The position numbers and the translations under genes are program-made. A model generated the notes under the pieces. That model did no database searches. It was given only the letters and a program-made list of their open reading frames with translations, and was not told the origin of the DNA. Positions 1 through 8,787 of a DNA stretch of 37,490 bases are shown one piece after another (position 1 is the stretch's first letter; every line of letters starts with the position of its first letter). The DNA is taken from the NCBI GenBank assembly GCA_045648625.1, contig JAZROJ010000044.1:1-37490 (forward strand). Direction: 5' to 3'. The DNA is from Candidatus Scatovivens sp. (GTDB lineage Bacteria > Bacillota > Clostridia > TANB77 > CAG-508).

Positions 1-2
1 TA

Positions 3-1421
3 TCAGGACTTAGTGCTACAGACGCAAAGATAAAAGTAGAAAATTATTTAAATATAGAATTGGCTAAAGAACTAAATATCAAATATGAGGAATATGAAAA
101 CTTTTTAGAAAGTAATCAAATAGAGTTTAAATATAAAATAAAAGAAGCAGTAGAAGAAGCTTGTGAAATAGGAAGAACAGGAAATATATTGTTTGATAAT
201 TATACTTTGATTTTTGTGAATTTTTTTGGTAAAAATATAGACGTGGAATATTCATATAATGAAGAATTTTTAGAAGAGTTTATTATAAGTGCTGAGTCTA
301 ATTTGCCTGGAAAAGTTATACAACCAACTTATTATATAGAAGAGGAACAATTAATAGTAAACAAAGGGATAGATGGAATAATTATTAATAGAGAGCAATT
401 TAAATCTAAAATTATAGAAAATATAAAAAATAGAAATGCTCAGAATATAATTAATAATAATGAAGAAGAGAACATACAAATTCCTATTACATTTAAAGAA
501 GCAGATCCTATTAATATGGATAAGATTTATGAAGAGGTTTATACAGAGCCAAAAGATGCATATTATGAATTAGAACCTTTGAATATTTATCCAGAAATAA
601 ATGGTATAGATTTTAATTTAGAAGAAGCTAAAAATCAAATTAAATCAGAAGATAAAGAAGAATATAAATTTGATTTAGTAATAACATATCCGAAAGTAAC
701 AGTAAAAACTTTTGGATTGGAAGCTTTTCCAAACCTTGTATCATCATTTTCTACCAAATATGTTGCTGGAAATATTAACAGAAGTAAAAATTTAGAAATA
801 GCTGCCGGAAAAATAAATGGTGTGGTATTAATGCCAGGTGAAGTATTTTCTTTTAATCAAGTTGTTGGTAAAAGAACTGTAGAAGAAGGGTATAAGGATG
901 CTGCTATATTTCAAGATGGAGCAGTAGTTGATGGTTTAGCAGGAGGGATATGCCAAATATCTTCTACTCTATATAATGCGGTAGTACTTGCAAATCTAGA
1001 AATAGTAGAAAGAAGGAATCATTCTTTTAAGACATCATATCTTCCAGCCGGTAGAGATGCAACTGTGGTATATGGAAAAACAGACTTTCAATTTAAAAAT
1101 ACAAGATCTTATCCTATAAAAATTGAGGCAAATGTAAAATCAGGTTTAGCTACTTTTAAGATACATGCAGTTGCTTTTGAAGATGTGGAATACGAAATAA
1201 AAATAATACCAGTAATTACACAAACAATACCATATGTTACAGAATATATACAAGATTTTAATTTACCAAATGGAGTGCAAGAAGTTGTTCAAGCTGGGCA
1301 ACCAGGATATAAAGTAACGACTTATAAAGAAACACTTAAAGATGGAGTAAGTATTTCAAAAGATGTAATTTCAAAAGATACTTATAAACCAATGAGAAAT
1401 ATTATAAAAACAGGTCCATAA
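3..1421 (+). CDS. VanW-family protein with C-terminal G5-like domain; 5' end cut by window edge
   Basis: The frame is open from nt 3, with no stop before the TTG at 60 used by the ORF track, so the gene most likely starts upstream of the window. VanW-type core motifs are present (PGEVFSFNQVVGKRT, GGICQISSTLYNAV, RRNHSF). A G5-like tail follows (VQEVVQAGQPGYKVTTYKE...KPMRNIIKTG). The stop TAA at 1419-1421 runs into a hairpin terminator. Confidence 0.8.
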   Translation, partial: SGLSATDAKIKVENYLNIELAKELNIKYEEYENFLESNQIEFKYKIKEAVEEACEIGRTGNILFDNYTLIFVNFFGKNIDVEYSYNEEFLEEFIISAESNLPGKVIQPTYYIEEEQLIVNKGIDGIIINREQFKSKIIENIKNRNAQNIINNNEEENIQIPITFKEADPINMDKIYEEVYTEPKDAYYELEPLNIYPEINGIDFNLEEAKNQIKSEDKEEYKFDLVITYPKVTVKTFGLEAFPNLVSSFSTKYVAGNINRSKNLEIAAGKINGVVLMPGEVFSFNQVVGKRTVEEGYKDAAIFQDGAVVDGLAGGICQISSTLYNAVVLANLEIVERRNHSFKTSYLPAGRDATVVYGKTDFQFKNTRSYPIKIEANVKSGLATFKIHAVAFEDVEYEIKIIPVITQTIPYVTEYIQDFNLPNGVQEVVQAGQPGYKVTTYKETLKDGVSISKDVISKDTYKPMRNIIKTGP

Positions 1422-1451
1422 AAAAACAGTTTCCTAAGGAAACTGTTTTTT
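1421..1451. terminator. Bidirectional rho-independent terminator (perfect 14-bp stem, 3-nt loop)
   Basis: aaaaaacagtttcc (1421-1434), loop taa, ggaaactgtttttt (1438-1451) form an exact inverted repeat. An A-run on one side and a T-run on the other let it terminate both the + strand VanW gene and the - strand tRNA. Confidence 0.8.
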
Positions 1452-1527
1452 TGGTGGGTCATCGGGGGGTCGAACCCCGGACCTTCAGATTAAGAGTCTG
1501 CTGCTCTACCAACTGAGCTAATAACCC
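1452..1527 (-). tRNA. tRNA-Lys (anticodon CTT), CCA encoded
   Basis: The reverse complement reads GGGTTATTAGCTCAGTTGGTAGAGCAGCAGACTCTTAATCTGAAGGTCCGGGGTTCGACCCCCCGATGACCCACCA (76 nt). It has a 7-bp acceptor stem (GGGTTAT/ATGACCC with G-U), a D-loop AGCTCAGTTGGTAGAGC, an anticodon loop CT-CTT-AA and a T-arm CCGGGGTTCGACCCCCCGG-like sequence. Confidence 0.9.
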
Positions 1528-1738
1528 ATATATAAAATTAAATAGTTGTTTTAGCACTGTGCGCTATACTTATTATTTTAAATACTTACTTATTATAGTC
1601 TTTTTTTTTTATAATGTCAATAGGCTATAAATGTGATTATAGTTTGAAAAATTGGCATAAAAATTGTAATTTTTGAATAAAAAAATTTTTTATAGAAATA
1701 ATAACTAAAAGAATTAGAAAAAGGAAGGAAGATTAAAT

Positions 1739-1924
1739 ATGAGTTCATTAAATCAAATTGAATTACAACATTTACGTCATTTTATAGAAACACAAGAAAC
1801 TACCTATAGTAAATTAATTCATTATGCAGATAATGCTGTCGATCCGCAAATAAAACAAGTTTTTAATAAAGCAGCACAAGAAGCTTTAAATTCTAAACAA
1901 AAATTAATTTCATTTTTAGGTTAG
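1739..1924 (+). CDS. Small helical protein, CotF-related / putative spore-coat-associated (61 aa)
   Basis: SD aaggaagga lies upstream of the ATG. The gene sits 9 nt before a clear Coat_F-type gene. The pattern E..LR..I....Y.K...YA....DP..K..F...A.EA...K..L..FL resembles half of a Coat-F/ferritin-like helical bundle. The family call is from memory only. Confidence 0.45.
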   Translation: MSSLNQIELQHLRHFIETQETTYSKLIHYADNAVDPQIKQVFNKAAQEALNSKQKLISFLG

Positions 1925-1933
1925 GAGGAAATA

Positions 1934-2182
1934 ATGGAAGAGAAAGTAATGGTAAATGACATATTAGAAAGTACAAAATATAGTTTGAAAGAATTTCAAG
2001 GAGCTATTTTAGAAACGGCTAATCTTGAATTAAGACAAACTTTTCAAAACTTAAGAAATTCGTTTGAGAGTTTTGAGTATGAACTTTTTAAATTAGCGGA
2101 ATCAAAAGGATACTATATTCCTTCTCAAAACGCAACTCAAGATCAAGTTGGAAAAGTAAAATCAGAAGTAACAAATTTATAA
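1934..2182 (+). CDS. cotF: Spore coat protein F (Coat_F domain) family protein (82 aa)
   Basis: SD GGAGG lies 5 nt before the ATG. The motif NDILESTKYSLKEFQGAILETANLELRQTFQNL....E.F......KGYY matches the remembered CotF signature (ND.D.L.D.L...K.....Y..A..E..N..LR..F). Confidence 0.7.
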   Translation: MEEKVMVNDILESTKYSLKEFQGAILETANLELRQTFQNLRNSFESFEYELFKLAESKGYYIPSQNATQDQVGKVKSEVTNL

Positions 2183-2304
2183 TAAAAAATAAAGGAAATT
2201 ATTGTGTCCGCAATAAAAAAATAAAAGATAGAGAAAAAACGAAATAAAGAGAGAAAAAGTTAGATTAGGTTAAAAAACACCCCGAAAAATAGCGAAGATT
2301 AAAA

Positions 2305-2333
2305 TTGATAATAAACTTTAAAATATATAAAAT
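2305..2333 (+). promoter_or_regulatory. Candidate sigma-A promoter TTGATA-17-TAAAAT upstream of the M23 peptidase gene
   Basis: ttgata (2305-2310), a 17-nt spacer, then taaaat (2328-2333). Such matches arise by chance fairly often in AT-rich DNA. Confidence 0.4.
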
Positions 2334-2423
2334 GTAATCGATAAAATTAAAAGGGGGTGCACTATCATAACTAGCGTTTTTAAAAATATTGTAATATATT
2401 TAAGATTATGGATAAAGATAAGT

Positions 2424-3344
2424 ATGTTACTCGCTGTGGCATTCGCTATTATAGGATTTTTAGTTTTTGTAGTGTATCAACCAATGTATGCAGTAACATT
2501 AGATGGAGAATCTATTGGATATACTGAAAATAAAAAGCAATTACAAGATAAAATTGATGAATATATAACAAGTGGAGATAATGGAAAAGTTGCATTTGTT
2601 GAAGTAGATTATTTACCAGAATATGAAATGTGTCTTATAAAAAAAGATCTTGAAGCAAATGATGCAGAAATCTTTGAAAAAGTTATTTCCTCAGGAACAT
2701 CTTATTATAAATATTATGCGATATTAGAAAATAGCCAAGAAAAATATTATGTAGAAACTTATGAAGAAGCAGAGAAAATAATTAATTCTTTAAAAGAACA
2801 AAACAGTGAGAATAAAGATGATGTTTCATATGTGTTAAAATATGAAAAAGAATTAAAAGAATTTACTGGAATAGAAGCAACTGTTGCAGGTTTGTATAAA
2901 GAAGAAAAAGTAGTAAAAAAGAAAAATAAAGTTAATACAACAAAAAATATGGATTATACAGAAACAGCATTAGGAATATCACTAATTCAACCAGTTACTG
3001 GAACAATAACTTCAAGATTTGGTAGAAGAAGTGGCGGAAGGCACACAGGATTAGATATAGCTAATTCTACAGGAACTCCAATAAGAGCTGTAGCAGATGG
3101 AACAGTAACATATTCTGCATATAAAGGTAATTATGGAAGAATGATAGTTATTCAACATACAAATTCTGTTGAAACATATTATGCACATTGTAGTAAATTA
3201 TATGTAAGTGAAGGACAAAAGGTAAAACAAGGAGATATAATAGGAGCAGTTGGCTCTACTGGAAATTCAACAGGACCTCATTTGCACTTAGAAATTAGAG
3301 TAAATGGAGTGGCAAAAAATCCACAATATTATTTATATAAATAA
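2424..3344 (+). CDS. M23/LytM-family metallopeptidase with N-terminal membrane anchor
   Basis: The C-terminal domain has the M23 signature HTGLDIA..GTPI.AVADG.V...........G..V.I.H.....T.YAH.S...V..GQ.V..GD.IG.VGSTG.STGPHLHLE. The N-terminus is a TM helix. The start is uncertain: 2424 is the first canonical start, but it has no SD and the frame is open back to 2331 (see finding). Confidence 0.85.
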   Translation: MLLAVAFAIIGFLVFVVYQPMYAVTLDGESIGYTENKKQLQDKIDEYITSGDNGKVAFVEVDYLPEYEMCLIKKDLEANDAEIFEKVISSGTSYYKYYAILENSQEKYYVETYEEAEKIINSLKEQNSENKDDVSYVLKYEKELKEFTGIEATVAGLYKEEKVVKKKNKVNTTKNMDYTETALGISLIQPVTGTITSRFGRRSGGRHTGLDIANSTGTPIRAVADGTVTYSAYKGNYGRMIVIQHTNSVETYYAHCSKLYVSEGQKVKQGDIIGAVGSTGNSTGPHLHLEIRVNGVAKNPQYYLYK

Positions 3345-3354
3345 AAATAGAAAT

Positions 3355-3389
3355 AAAAAAATAGTAATTATAAATTACTATTTTTTTTT
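3355..3389. terminator. Bidirectional rho-independent terminator between convergent M23 and mecA genes
   Basis: aaaaaaatagtaatt (3355-3369), loop ata, aattactattttttt (3373-3387) form a perfect 15-bp AT-rich stem flanked by A and T runs. It overlaps the last codons of mecA. Confidence 0.6.
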
Positions 3390-3994
3390 GCGCAAGAATA
3401 TATAGCATTTTTTTCAATTAAAATTTTTCCAAATTCTTTTAATCTTATAAATGAATTTTCTGAAACAAAAACATATTCACTATATTCAGAAAAAAGAGAA
3501 GTTATTTTAAATAGTATTTTTTTGTCTAAAAATAATTTATCAATTGCTAAAAAGTAACAATTATTATATTCATATAATGAATTTTTTTCATTTAAAAGTA
3601 AAAATAATTCAGGATTTTTTTTGAAAAGAAATTCAGCAAAAGCAAAAAAAATCTCTAAATTTTCAAATTTATATAAGGAAATATTATTTTGTAAAGAAGA
3701 AAATTTTCTCTGAGTGCGTATTCTAGAGTTTAATTTCTTTTTGCTTTTTTCCAGAAATCTAGAAATAATCAAAGTAAAACAATCTTTATTTTGAGTTAAC
3801 GCTTCAACTACAATTTTATAATCTTCTGTAATAAATCCTACTTCTTTTTCTGCAGCATCTAATATGGTTAAAAACAAAGCTTGACTTTCTATAGAATTTG
3901 ACATAAAAGAATGAATCGAAATTTGATTATCTTGTAAATAATGATTATCAAAAGTAATTTTTATTCTGTTTTCATTAAGTTTTTCTATTTTCAT
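3368..3994 (-). CDS. mecA: Adaptor protein MecA (ClpC adaptor / negative regulator of competence family)
   Basis: SD GGAGGA lies upstream of the ATG. The N-terminus MKIEKLNENRIKITF resembles B. subtilis MecA MEIERINEHTVKFYM. The C-terminal half (LYKFENLEIFF...SLYEYNNCYFLAID...LFSEYSEYV...RLKEFGKILIEKNAI) parallels MecA (FGDFEDVI..TLYSFENRYYLYVDF..LLEYATES..LEEYGKLIISEHAL). Confidence 0.7.
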   Translation of the reverse strand: MKIEKLNENRIKITFDNHYLQDNQISIHSFMSNSIESQALFLTILDAAEKEVGFITEDYKIVVEALTQNKDCFTLIISRFLEKSKKKLNSRIRTQRKFSSLQNNISLYKFENLEIFFAFAEFLFKKNPELFLLLNEKNSLYEYNNCYFLAIDKLFLDKKILFKITSLFSEYSEYVFVSENSFIRLKEFGKILIEKNAIYSCAKKNSNL

Positions 3995-4159
3995 ATAAAA
4001 TCCTCCGAAAGACTATAAATTTATTATACAATAATAATTTTAAAAGTAAATGTAAATAAATGTTAGAATTGATATAATGAACAAGTTTCATAACATAATA
4101 TATATGCTAAACTTTTATTATTATTATGAAATATTATAAAAAAATGTGTATAAAATTAC

Positions 4160-4188
4160 TTGAAAAAAAAGTAGTATCAATATATAAT
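4160..4188 (+). promoter_or_regulatory. Consensus-like sigma-A promoter TTGAAA-17-TATAAT for the DUF4321-radC-mreCD-PBP2-minC operon
   Basis: ttgaaa (4160-4165), a 17-nt spacer, then tataat (4183-4188), about 48 nt upstream of the ATG at 4237. Confidence 0.6.
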
Positions 4189-4236
4189 ATAAAAGTAAAA
4201 AAATGGATATTTCCGTAGGGAAAAATGGAGGTAGAA

Positions 4237-4494
4237 ATGGCAACAAAAGAAAAAAATATTTGGATATTATTAATATTTTTATTAGCAGGATTAGTACTAG
4301 GAGGTTTATTAGGAGAGCTTGCAAAAAGCGTAGATTGGTTGTGGTGGCTATATTATGGACAAACATTTGGACTAGCAGATCCTGTAACATTAGATTTAAA
4401 TGTAATAAAATTTTCTTTTTCTCTAATGGTAAAATTTAATATGGCAAGTATAATAGGTATAGCAATAGCTATTTGGGTATATAGAAAAGTGTAG
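4237..4494 (+). CDS. DUF4321-family small membrane protein
   Basis: GGAGG (4227-4231) lies 5 nt before the ATG at 4237, so the track start at 4225 is less likely. There are two TM segments. The pattern LGG.LGE.......L......FGL..P..LDL.VI.F.F.L....N.ASIIGI..AI..YRK matches remembered DUF4321 proteins, which typically precede maf/radC/mre genes in Clostridia. Confidence 0.75.
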   Translation: MATKEKNIWILLIFLLAGLVLGGLLGELAKSVDWLWWLYYGQTFGLADPVTLDLNVIKFSFSLMVKFNMASIIGIAIAIWVYRKV

Positions 4495-4522
4495 GGCGCG
4501 GAATAAACAGAAAGGATTTATT

Positions 4523-5206
4523 TTGTCAAACATAAAAAATATCCCTATATATGATAGGCCTTATGAAAAAATGGTATTATATGGGGAAGAAGCTCTTTCG
4601 GAGAGTGAATTATTATCAATTATTATAAAAACAGGAACAAAAAGATTAAGTGCAATAGAAATTGCACAAAATATTATTTTAAAAAATGCAGTAAATTATA
4701 GTGATTTTCGTTTTTTACAACAGCTTTCTATTAATGAATTGATGCAATTTGAGGGGATTGGGAAAGTGAAAGCGATAGAACTAAAAGCTATTGGAGAAAT
4801 ATCAAGAAGAATAGAAAAACCAATTAGCGAAAAAAAGTTGTATATACAATCAAGGAAAGATGTTGTAGATTTATTTATGGAACAATTAAGATATGAAAAA
4901 ATAGAAATTATAAAATTGGTTATGTTAAACAATAAGAATAAAATAGAAAAGATTAAAACAATAGCTATAGGAAATTCTGCAGGTATAACTTTTGATATAA
5001 AACAAGTTTTATCAGACCCCATTAAATTGCAAATTCCAAAGATTATTATTATACATAATCATCCAAGTGGAAATCCAGAACCGAGTAATACAGATATAGA
5101 ATTTACAAAACAATTAGATAAAGCTTGTATATTAATGGGGATACAACTTTTAGACCATATTATAATTGGAGATGGAATTTTTCAAAACGTAATTTGGAAA
5201 GGATAA
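4523..5206 (+). CDS. radC: RadC-like JAB-domain protein (UPF0758)
   Basis: TTG start. An HhH-like N-terminus (LSESELLSIIIKTGTK, IGKVKAIELKAI) is followed by the JAMM motif IIIHNHPSGNPEPSNTDIEFTKQL. Confidence 0.9.
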   Translation: MSNIKNIPIYDRPYEKMVLYGEEALSESELLSIIIKTGTKRLSAIEIAQNIILKNAVNYSDFRFLQQLSINELMQFEGIGKVKAIELKAIGEISRRIEKPISEKKLYIQSRKDVVDLFMEQLRYEKIEIIKLVMLNNKNKIEKIKTIAIGNSAGITFDIKQVLSDPIKLQIPKIIIIHNHPSGNPEPSNTDIEFTKQLDKACILMGIQLLDHIIIGDGIFQNVIWKG

Positions 5207-5212
5207 ATATAA

Positions 5213-6028
5213 ATGAATAGAAATAAGCAAACAGAACTTTTAGGAGGAATTATAACAGGTGTAATATTAGTTTTACTAATATTTCTTTCAAATGTAGAAA
5301 CTAATAAATTGTCATACCTAGAAAGTGCAGCAAGCACAATAATAAATCCAATTCAAAGAATTATAACAGATTTTAAAAATAAAGTTCAAGGAAATAAAAA
5401 TTATTTTGCAAATTTAGAAACTATTCAAGCAGAAAATGAAGAACTAAGGAAAAAAAATAGTGAATTAGAAACAAAGTTAAGAGAACTTGAAATAATTAAA
5501 GCAGAAAATGTTACATTACAAAATTATATGAATCTAACTCAAAAATACGCAAATTATAACACAATACCAGCTTATGTTATTAACAAAGATGTAAGTAATT
5601 ATAGCAGTACATTAGTATTAAATGTTGGAACAGAAGATGGTGTTAAAGAAAAAATGACAGTTATAGCAGACAAAGGGTTAGTAGGATATGTAACATCTGT
5701 AACAGAAAAAACAGCTAAAGTACAAGTTATTATAGATGCTGCAAGTACAGTAAGTTGTACTATTAGTACAACTCAAGAAAATATTATTTGCAAAGGAACT
5801 CTTGAAAAAAATCAAATACTTAGAGCAACTTATATTCCTACAAGAGCAGAACTAATAAAAGGTGATACAGTATATACTTCTGGTGTTGGAGGAATATATC
5901 AAAAAGGAATTATTATAGGAACAATAAAAGAAATAGTTACAACAAGTAATATTACAGATAGATATGCAATTATAGAACCAGCAGTAGATTTTTCAAAAAT
6001 AGATACAGTGTTAATTATAAAAGATTAA
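5213..6028 (+). CDS. mreC: Rod shape-determining protein MreC
   Basis: It has an N-terminal TM helix, a coiled coil (AENEELRKKNSELETKLRELE), then GLVGYVTSV..KTAKVQ.IID and TSGVGGIYQKGIIIGTI motifs. Position between radC and mreD fits. Confidence 0.9.
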   Translation: MNRNKQTELLGGIITGVILVLLIFLSNVETNKLSYLESAASTIINPIQRIITDFKNKVQGNKNYFANLETIQAENEELRKKNSELETKLRELEIIKAENVTLQNYMNLTQKYANYNTIPAYVINKDVSNYSSTLVLNVGTEDGVKEKMTVIADKGLVGYVTSVTEKTAKVQVIIDAASTVSCTISTTQENIICKGTLEKNQILRATYIPTRAELIKGDTVYTSGVGGIYQKGIIIGTIKEIVTTSNITDRYAIIEPAVDFSKIDTVLIIKD

Positions 6029-6048
6029 AAATTCGAAAGGGAAAATGC

Positions 6049-6582
6049 ATGAGAAAATTTGGAATTATAATAGGTTTTATTATAACTTTTTTTATTATTT
6101 ATTTTCTACAAGTAAATATTCTTTCAAATTTTACAATTAATGGAATTAAGCCAAATTTATTTATTATATTTATATTATTTATAGGTCTATTTACTAATCA
6201 AATATTAGGAATTTCTTTTGGGATTATCATAGGAGGAATTTTAGATTTATTATACGGAAAAACAATTGGAATTACAGCTGTAATGTTATGTATTATAGGT
6301 TATCTAGGAGCCTATTTTGATAAAAATTTTTCAAAAGAAAATAAATTTACAATTATTTTTATGGTTTTAGGTTCTACTATAATCTTTGAATTTGGAAGCT
6401 ATTTTATAAATTCCATAATAATAGGATCTGAAAGGGAATATTGGCCATTTTTTAAGATTTTAGTAATTGAATGTTTATATAATGTTTTGTTAACTATTAT
6501 TTTATATCCTTTAATACAAAAAATTGGTTATATGATAGATAGGAATTTTAAAAGAAGCAATATTTTAACAAGATATTTCTAA
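6049..6582 (+). CDS. mreD: Rod shape-determining protein MreD
   Basis: A 177-aa polytopic membrane protein immediately after mreC, with the expected size and position. Confidence 0.8.
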   Translation: MRKFGIIIGFIITFFIIYFLQVNILSNFTINGIKPNLFIIFILFIGLFTNQILGISFGIIIGGILDLLYGKTIGITAVMLCIIGYLGAYFDKNFSKENKFTIIFMVLGSTIIFEFGSYFINSIIIGSEREYWPFFKILVIECLYNVLLTIILYPLIQKIGYMIDRNFKRSNILTRYF

Positions 6583-6615
6583 GATATAAAATATGTAGAT
6601 TTTATAGAAAAGAAG

Positions 6616-8754
6616 GTGAAGCCACTGAGACAAAAAACAGAGTTAGAAAAATCGAATTTTAGATATAATCTTTTAACAACAATTATATATTTAGTTGGAA
6701 TTGCTATTATAATTCAACTATTTAATCTTCAGATTGTAAATGGTGCAGAATATAGGGATACATCAAACACAAAACTTACAAGAGAAGCAAAGATAGAAGC
6801 TGCCAGAGGTAGTATATTAGATAGAACGGGAAATGTTTTAGTTAGTACAGAAATGGATTTTTCTATAGAAATGTACAAGACTAAAGTAGAAGATGAACAA
6901 CTGAATAATTCCATATTAGTAATGACTAATATATTAAAAAACAATGGAGATACTTATGTAGATCCATTCCCAATTAGTATAGAACCTTTCGAGTTTCATT
7001 TTAATACAGAAGAAGAATTAGAAGAATGGAAAACAAAATATAAAATACCAAAGACTGCATCAGCAGAAGAAGCTTTTTATTTATTTAGAGATAAATATAA
7101 AATTAATAGTGAAAACATAGTTGAAATTAGACAAATATTAGCTGTAAGATATGCAATATCAACAATAGGATATTCAACAACTAGATCAATACAAATATCT
7201 AATAGAATTTCAAGAAACAGTGCTGTCCAATTACAAGAAAACTCTCAAAATTTGACTGGAGTAAATATTGTTGTAGAACCAACAAGAGTTTATCATACAG
7301 GTAATTTAGCATCACATATTATAGGTTATACTAGCAGAATTAGTCAAAAAAATATAGAAGAATTTGAAAAAAAAGGTGATGACTATAAATATGAAGTAGA
7401 TGACAAAGTAGGGCAAACCGGAATTGAAAAAACATTCGAAGAATATTTAAGAGGAGAAGATGGTATAAAACAGATAGATATGTCTGTTGATGGAACTGTA
7501 ACAGGAGAGTACACAGCAAAAGAAGCTATAGGAGGAGCAAATATTGTTCTTACAATTGATGCAAATTTACAAAGAATAGCAGAGCAATCTTTAGCAGGTA
7601 ATATACAAAAAATAAGAGATGGCGGTTTTGGAACACAGATTGGAGCAGAAGGAGGTACGGTTGTTGTAGTTAATGTTAAAACAGGAGAAATATTAGCTAT
7701 GGCAAGTAATCCAGACTACGAGCCTAGTTTATTTTATAATGGAATCTCTACCGAAAAATATAATGAATATAATACAAATCCATATCATCCTTTATATAAT
7801 AAAGCAATTCAGAGTGCATATGAACCTGGTTCAACATATAAAATGGTTACAGCAATAGCCGCATTAGAAACTGGAGTTACAAATACTACAGAAAAAATAA
7901 ATGATGTTGGACAATATTTTGGAATAACTAGTGAAGGTACAAAAACACCAGCTTGTTGGTATTGGAATGATTATGGAAGAGGACATGGCCCATTAAATAT
8001 AGTAGAAGCTATACAAAAATCTTGTAATTATTTCTTTTATGAAGTTAGTACTAGAATGGGAATTGATAAATTAAATAAATATGCAAAATATTTTGGATTT
8101 GGAACAAAAACAGGTGTAGAAATTGTTGGTGAAAAGAGTGGAACTTTAGCAAGTAGAGATTCAGCAGAAAAGACAGGAAATATTTGGTCAGCTGCTCAAA
8201 CAGCATATGCTGCTATAGGTCAAGGTCTAAATAGTTTTACACCACTTCAAATGGCAAAATATATTGCTATGGTTGCTAATGGAGGAAATAAGCTAGATAT
8301 ATCAGTTGTAAAAAGTGTAAATTTGTCTAATGGAACACAAGTTGCAAAGTCTGAAATAGATGAATTTGTTAATCAAAAATTAGGATTACAAGAAGAAGTA
8401 GTAGAAGACGTACAAATAAGTCAAGAAACCATTAATGCAGTTTTAGAAGGAATGAGATCTGTTACAGAAGTGGTAGGAGGAACAGCATATTCTGTATTTA
8501 AAGATTTTGATATTTCCGTAGGTGGTAAAACAGGTTCTGCACAAGCTTCAAACAATAAAGTAAATGCATGGTTTGCAGGATTTGCTCCATTTGAAGATCC
8601 AGAAATAGCTGTTGTTGTAATGGTAGAAAATGGAAAACATGGATATTATACAGCAGAAGTTGTAAAAGAAATTATATATGAATATTTTGGAATGAATGTT
8701 CAAAGCATTGTAGAAGATATGTCAGCAGATTATGAAACAGAATCTTTTAGATAA
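6616..8754 (+). CDS. mrdA: Penicillin-binding protein 2 (class B transpeptidase)
   Basis: GTG start after SD agaagg. It has an N-terminal TM helix, a PBP dimerisation region (RG.I.DR.G..L) and the transpeptidase motifs STYK (EPGSTYKMVTA), SCN (KSCNYFF) and KTGS (GGKTGSAQ). Confidence 0.9.
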   Translation: MKPLRQKTELEKSNFRYNLLTTIIYLVGIAIIIQLFNLQIVNGAEYRDTSNTKLTREAKIEAARGSILDRTGNVLVSTEMDFSIEMYKTKVEDEQLNNSILVMTNILKNNGDTYVDPFPISIEPFEFHFNTEEELEEWKTKYKIPKTASAEEAFYLFRDKYKINSENIVEIRQILAVRYAISTIGYSTTRSIQISNRISRNSAVQLQENSQNLTGVNIVVEPTRVYHTGNLASHIIGYTSRISQKNIEEFEKKGDDYKYEVDDKVGQTGIEKTFEEYLRGEDGIKQIDMSVDGTVTGEYTAKEAIGGANIVLTIDANLQRIAEQSLAGNIQKIRDGGFGTQIGAEGGTVVVVNVKTGEILAMASNPDYEPSLFYNGISTEKYNEYNTNPYHPLYNKAIQSAYEPGSTYKMVTAIAALETGVTNTTEKINDVGQYFGITSEGTKTPACWYWNDYGRGHGPLNIVEAIQKSCNYFFYEVSTRMGIDKLNKYAKYFGFGTKTGVEIVGEKSGTLASRDSAEKTGNIWSAAQTAYAAIGQGLNSFTPLQMAKYIAMVANGGNKLDISVVKSVNLSNGTQVAKSEIDEFVNQKLGLQEEVVEDVQISQETINAVLEGMRSVTEVVGGTAYSVFKDFDISVGGKTGSAQASNNKVNAWFAGFAPFEDPEIAVVVMVENGKHGYYTAEVVKEIIYEYFGMNVQSIVEDMSADYETESFR

Positions 8755-8787
8755 AAAAGTAAGTTTACTTACAGAAAGGAATTTTAA

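Noticed and set aside
1531-1738. Sporulation-type (sigma-K / sigma-E) promoter upstream of the CotF-like genes
   Set aside because: TTGAAA-17-TAATTT and a GCATAAAAAT element are present, but neither matches the sigma-K (AC-N17-CATANNNTA) or sigma-E consensus well enough to call.
4124-4439. Overlapping ORFs 4124..4390 (-) and 4203..4439 (+) around the DUF4321 gene
   Set aside because: They overlap the promoter region and the well-supported DUF4321 frame (SD + ATG 4237, recognisable family pattern). Their products are low-complexity and they have no SD.
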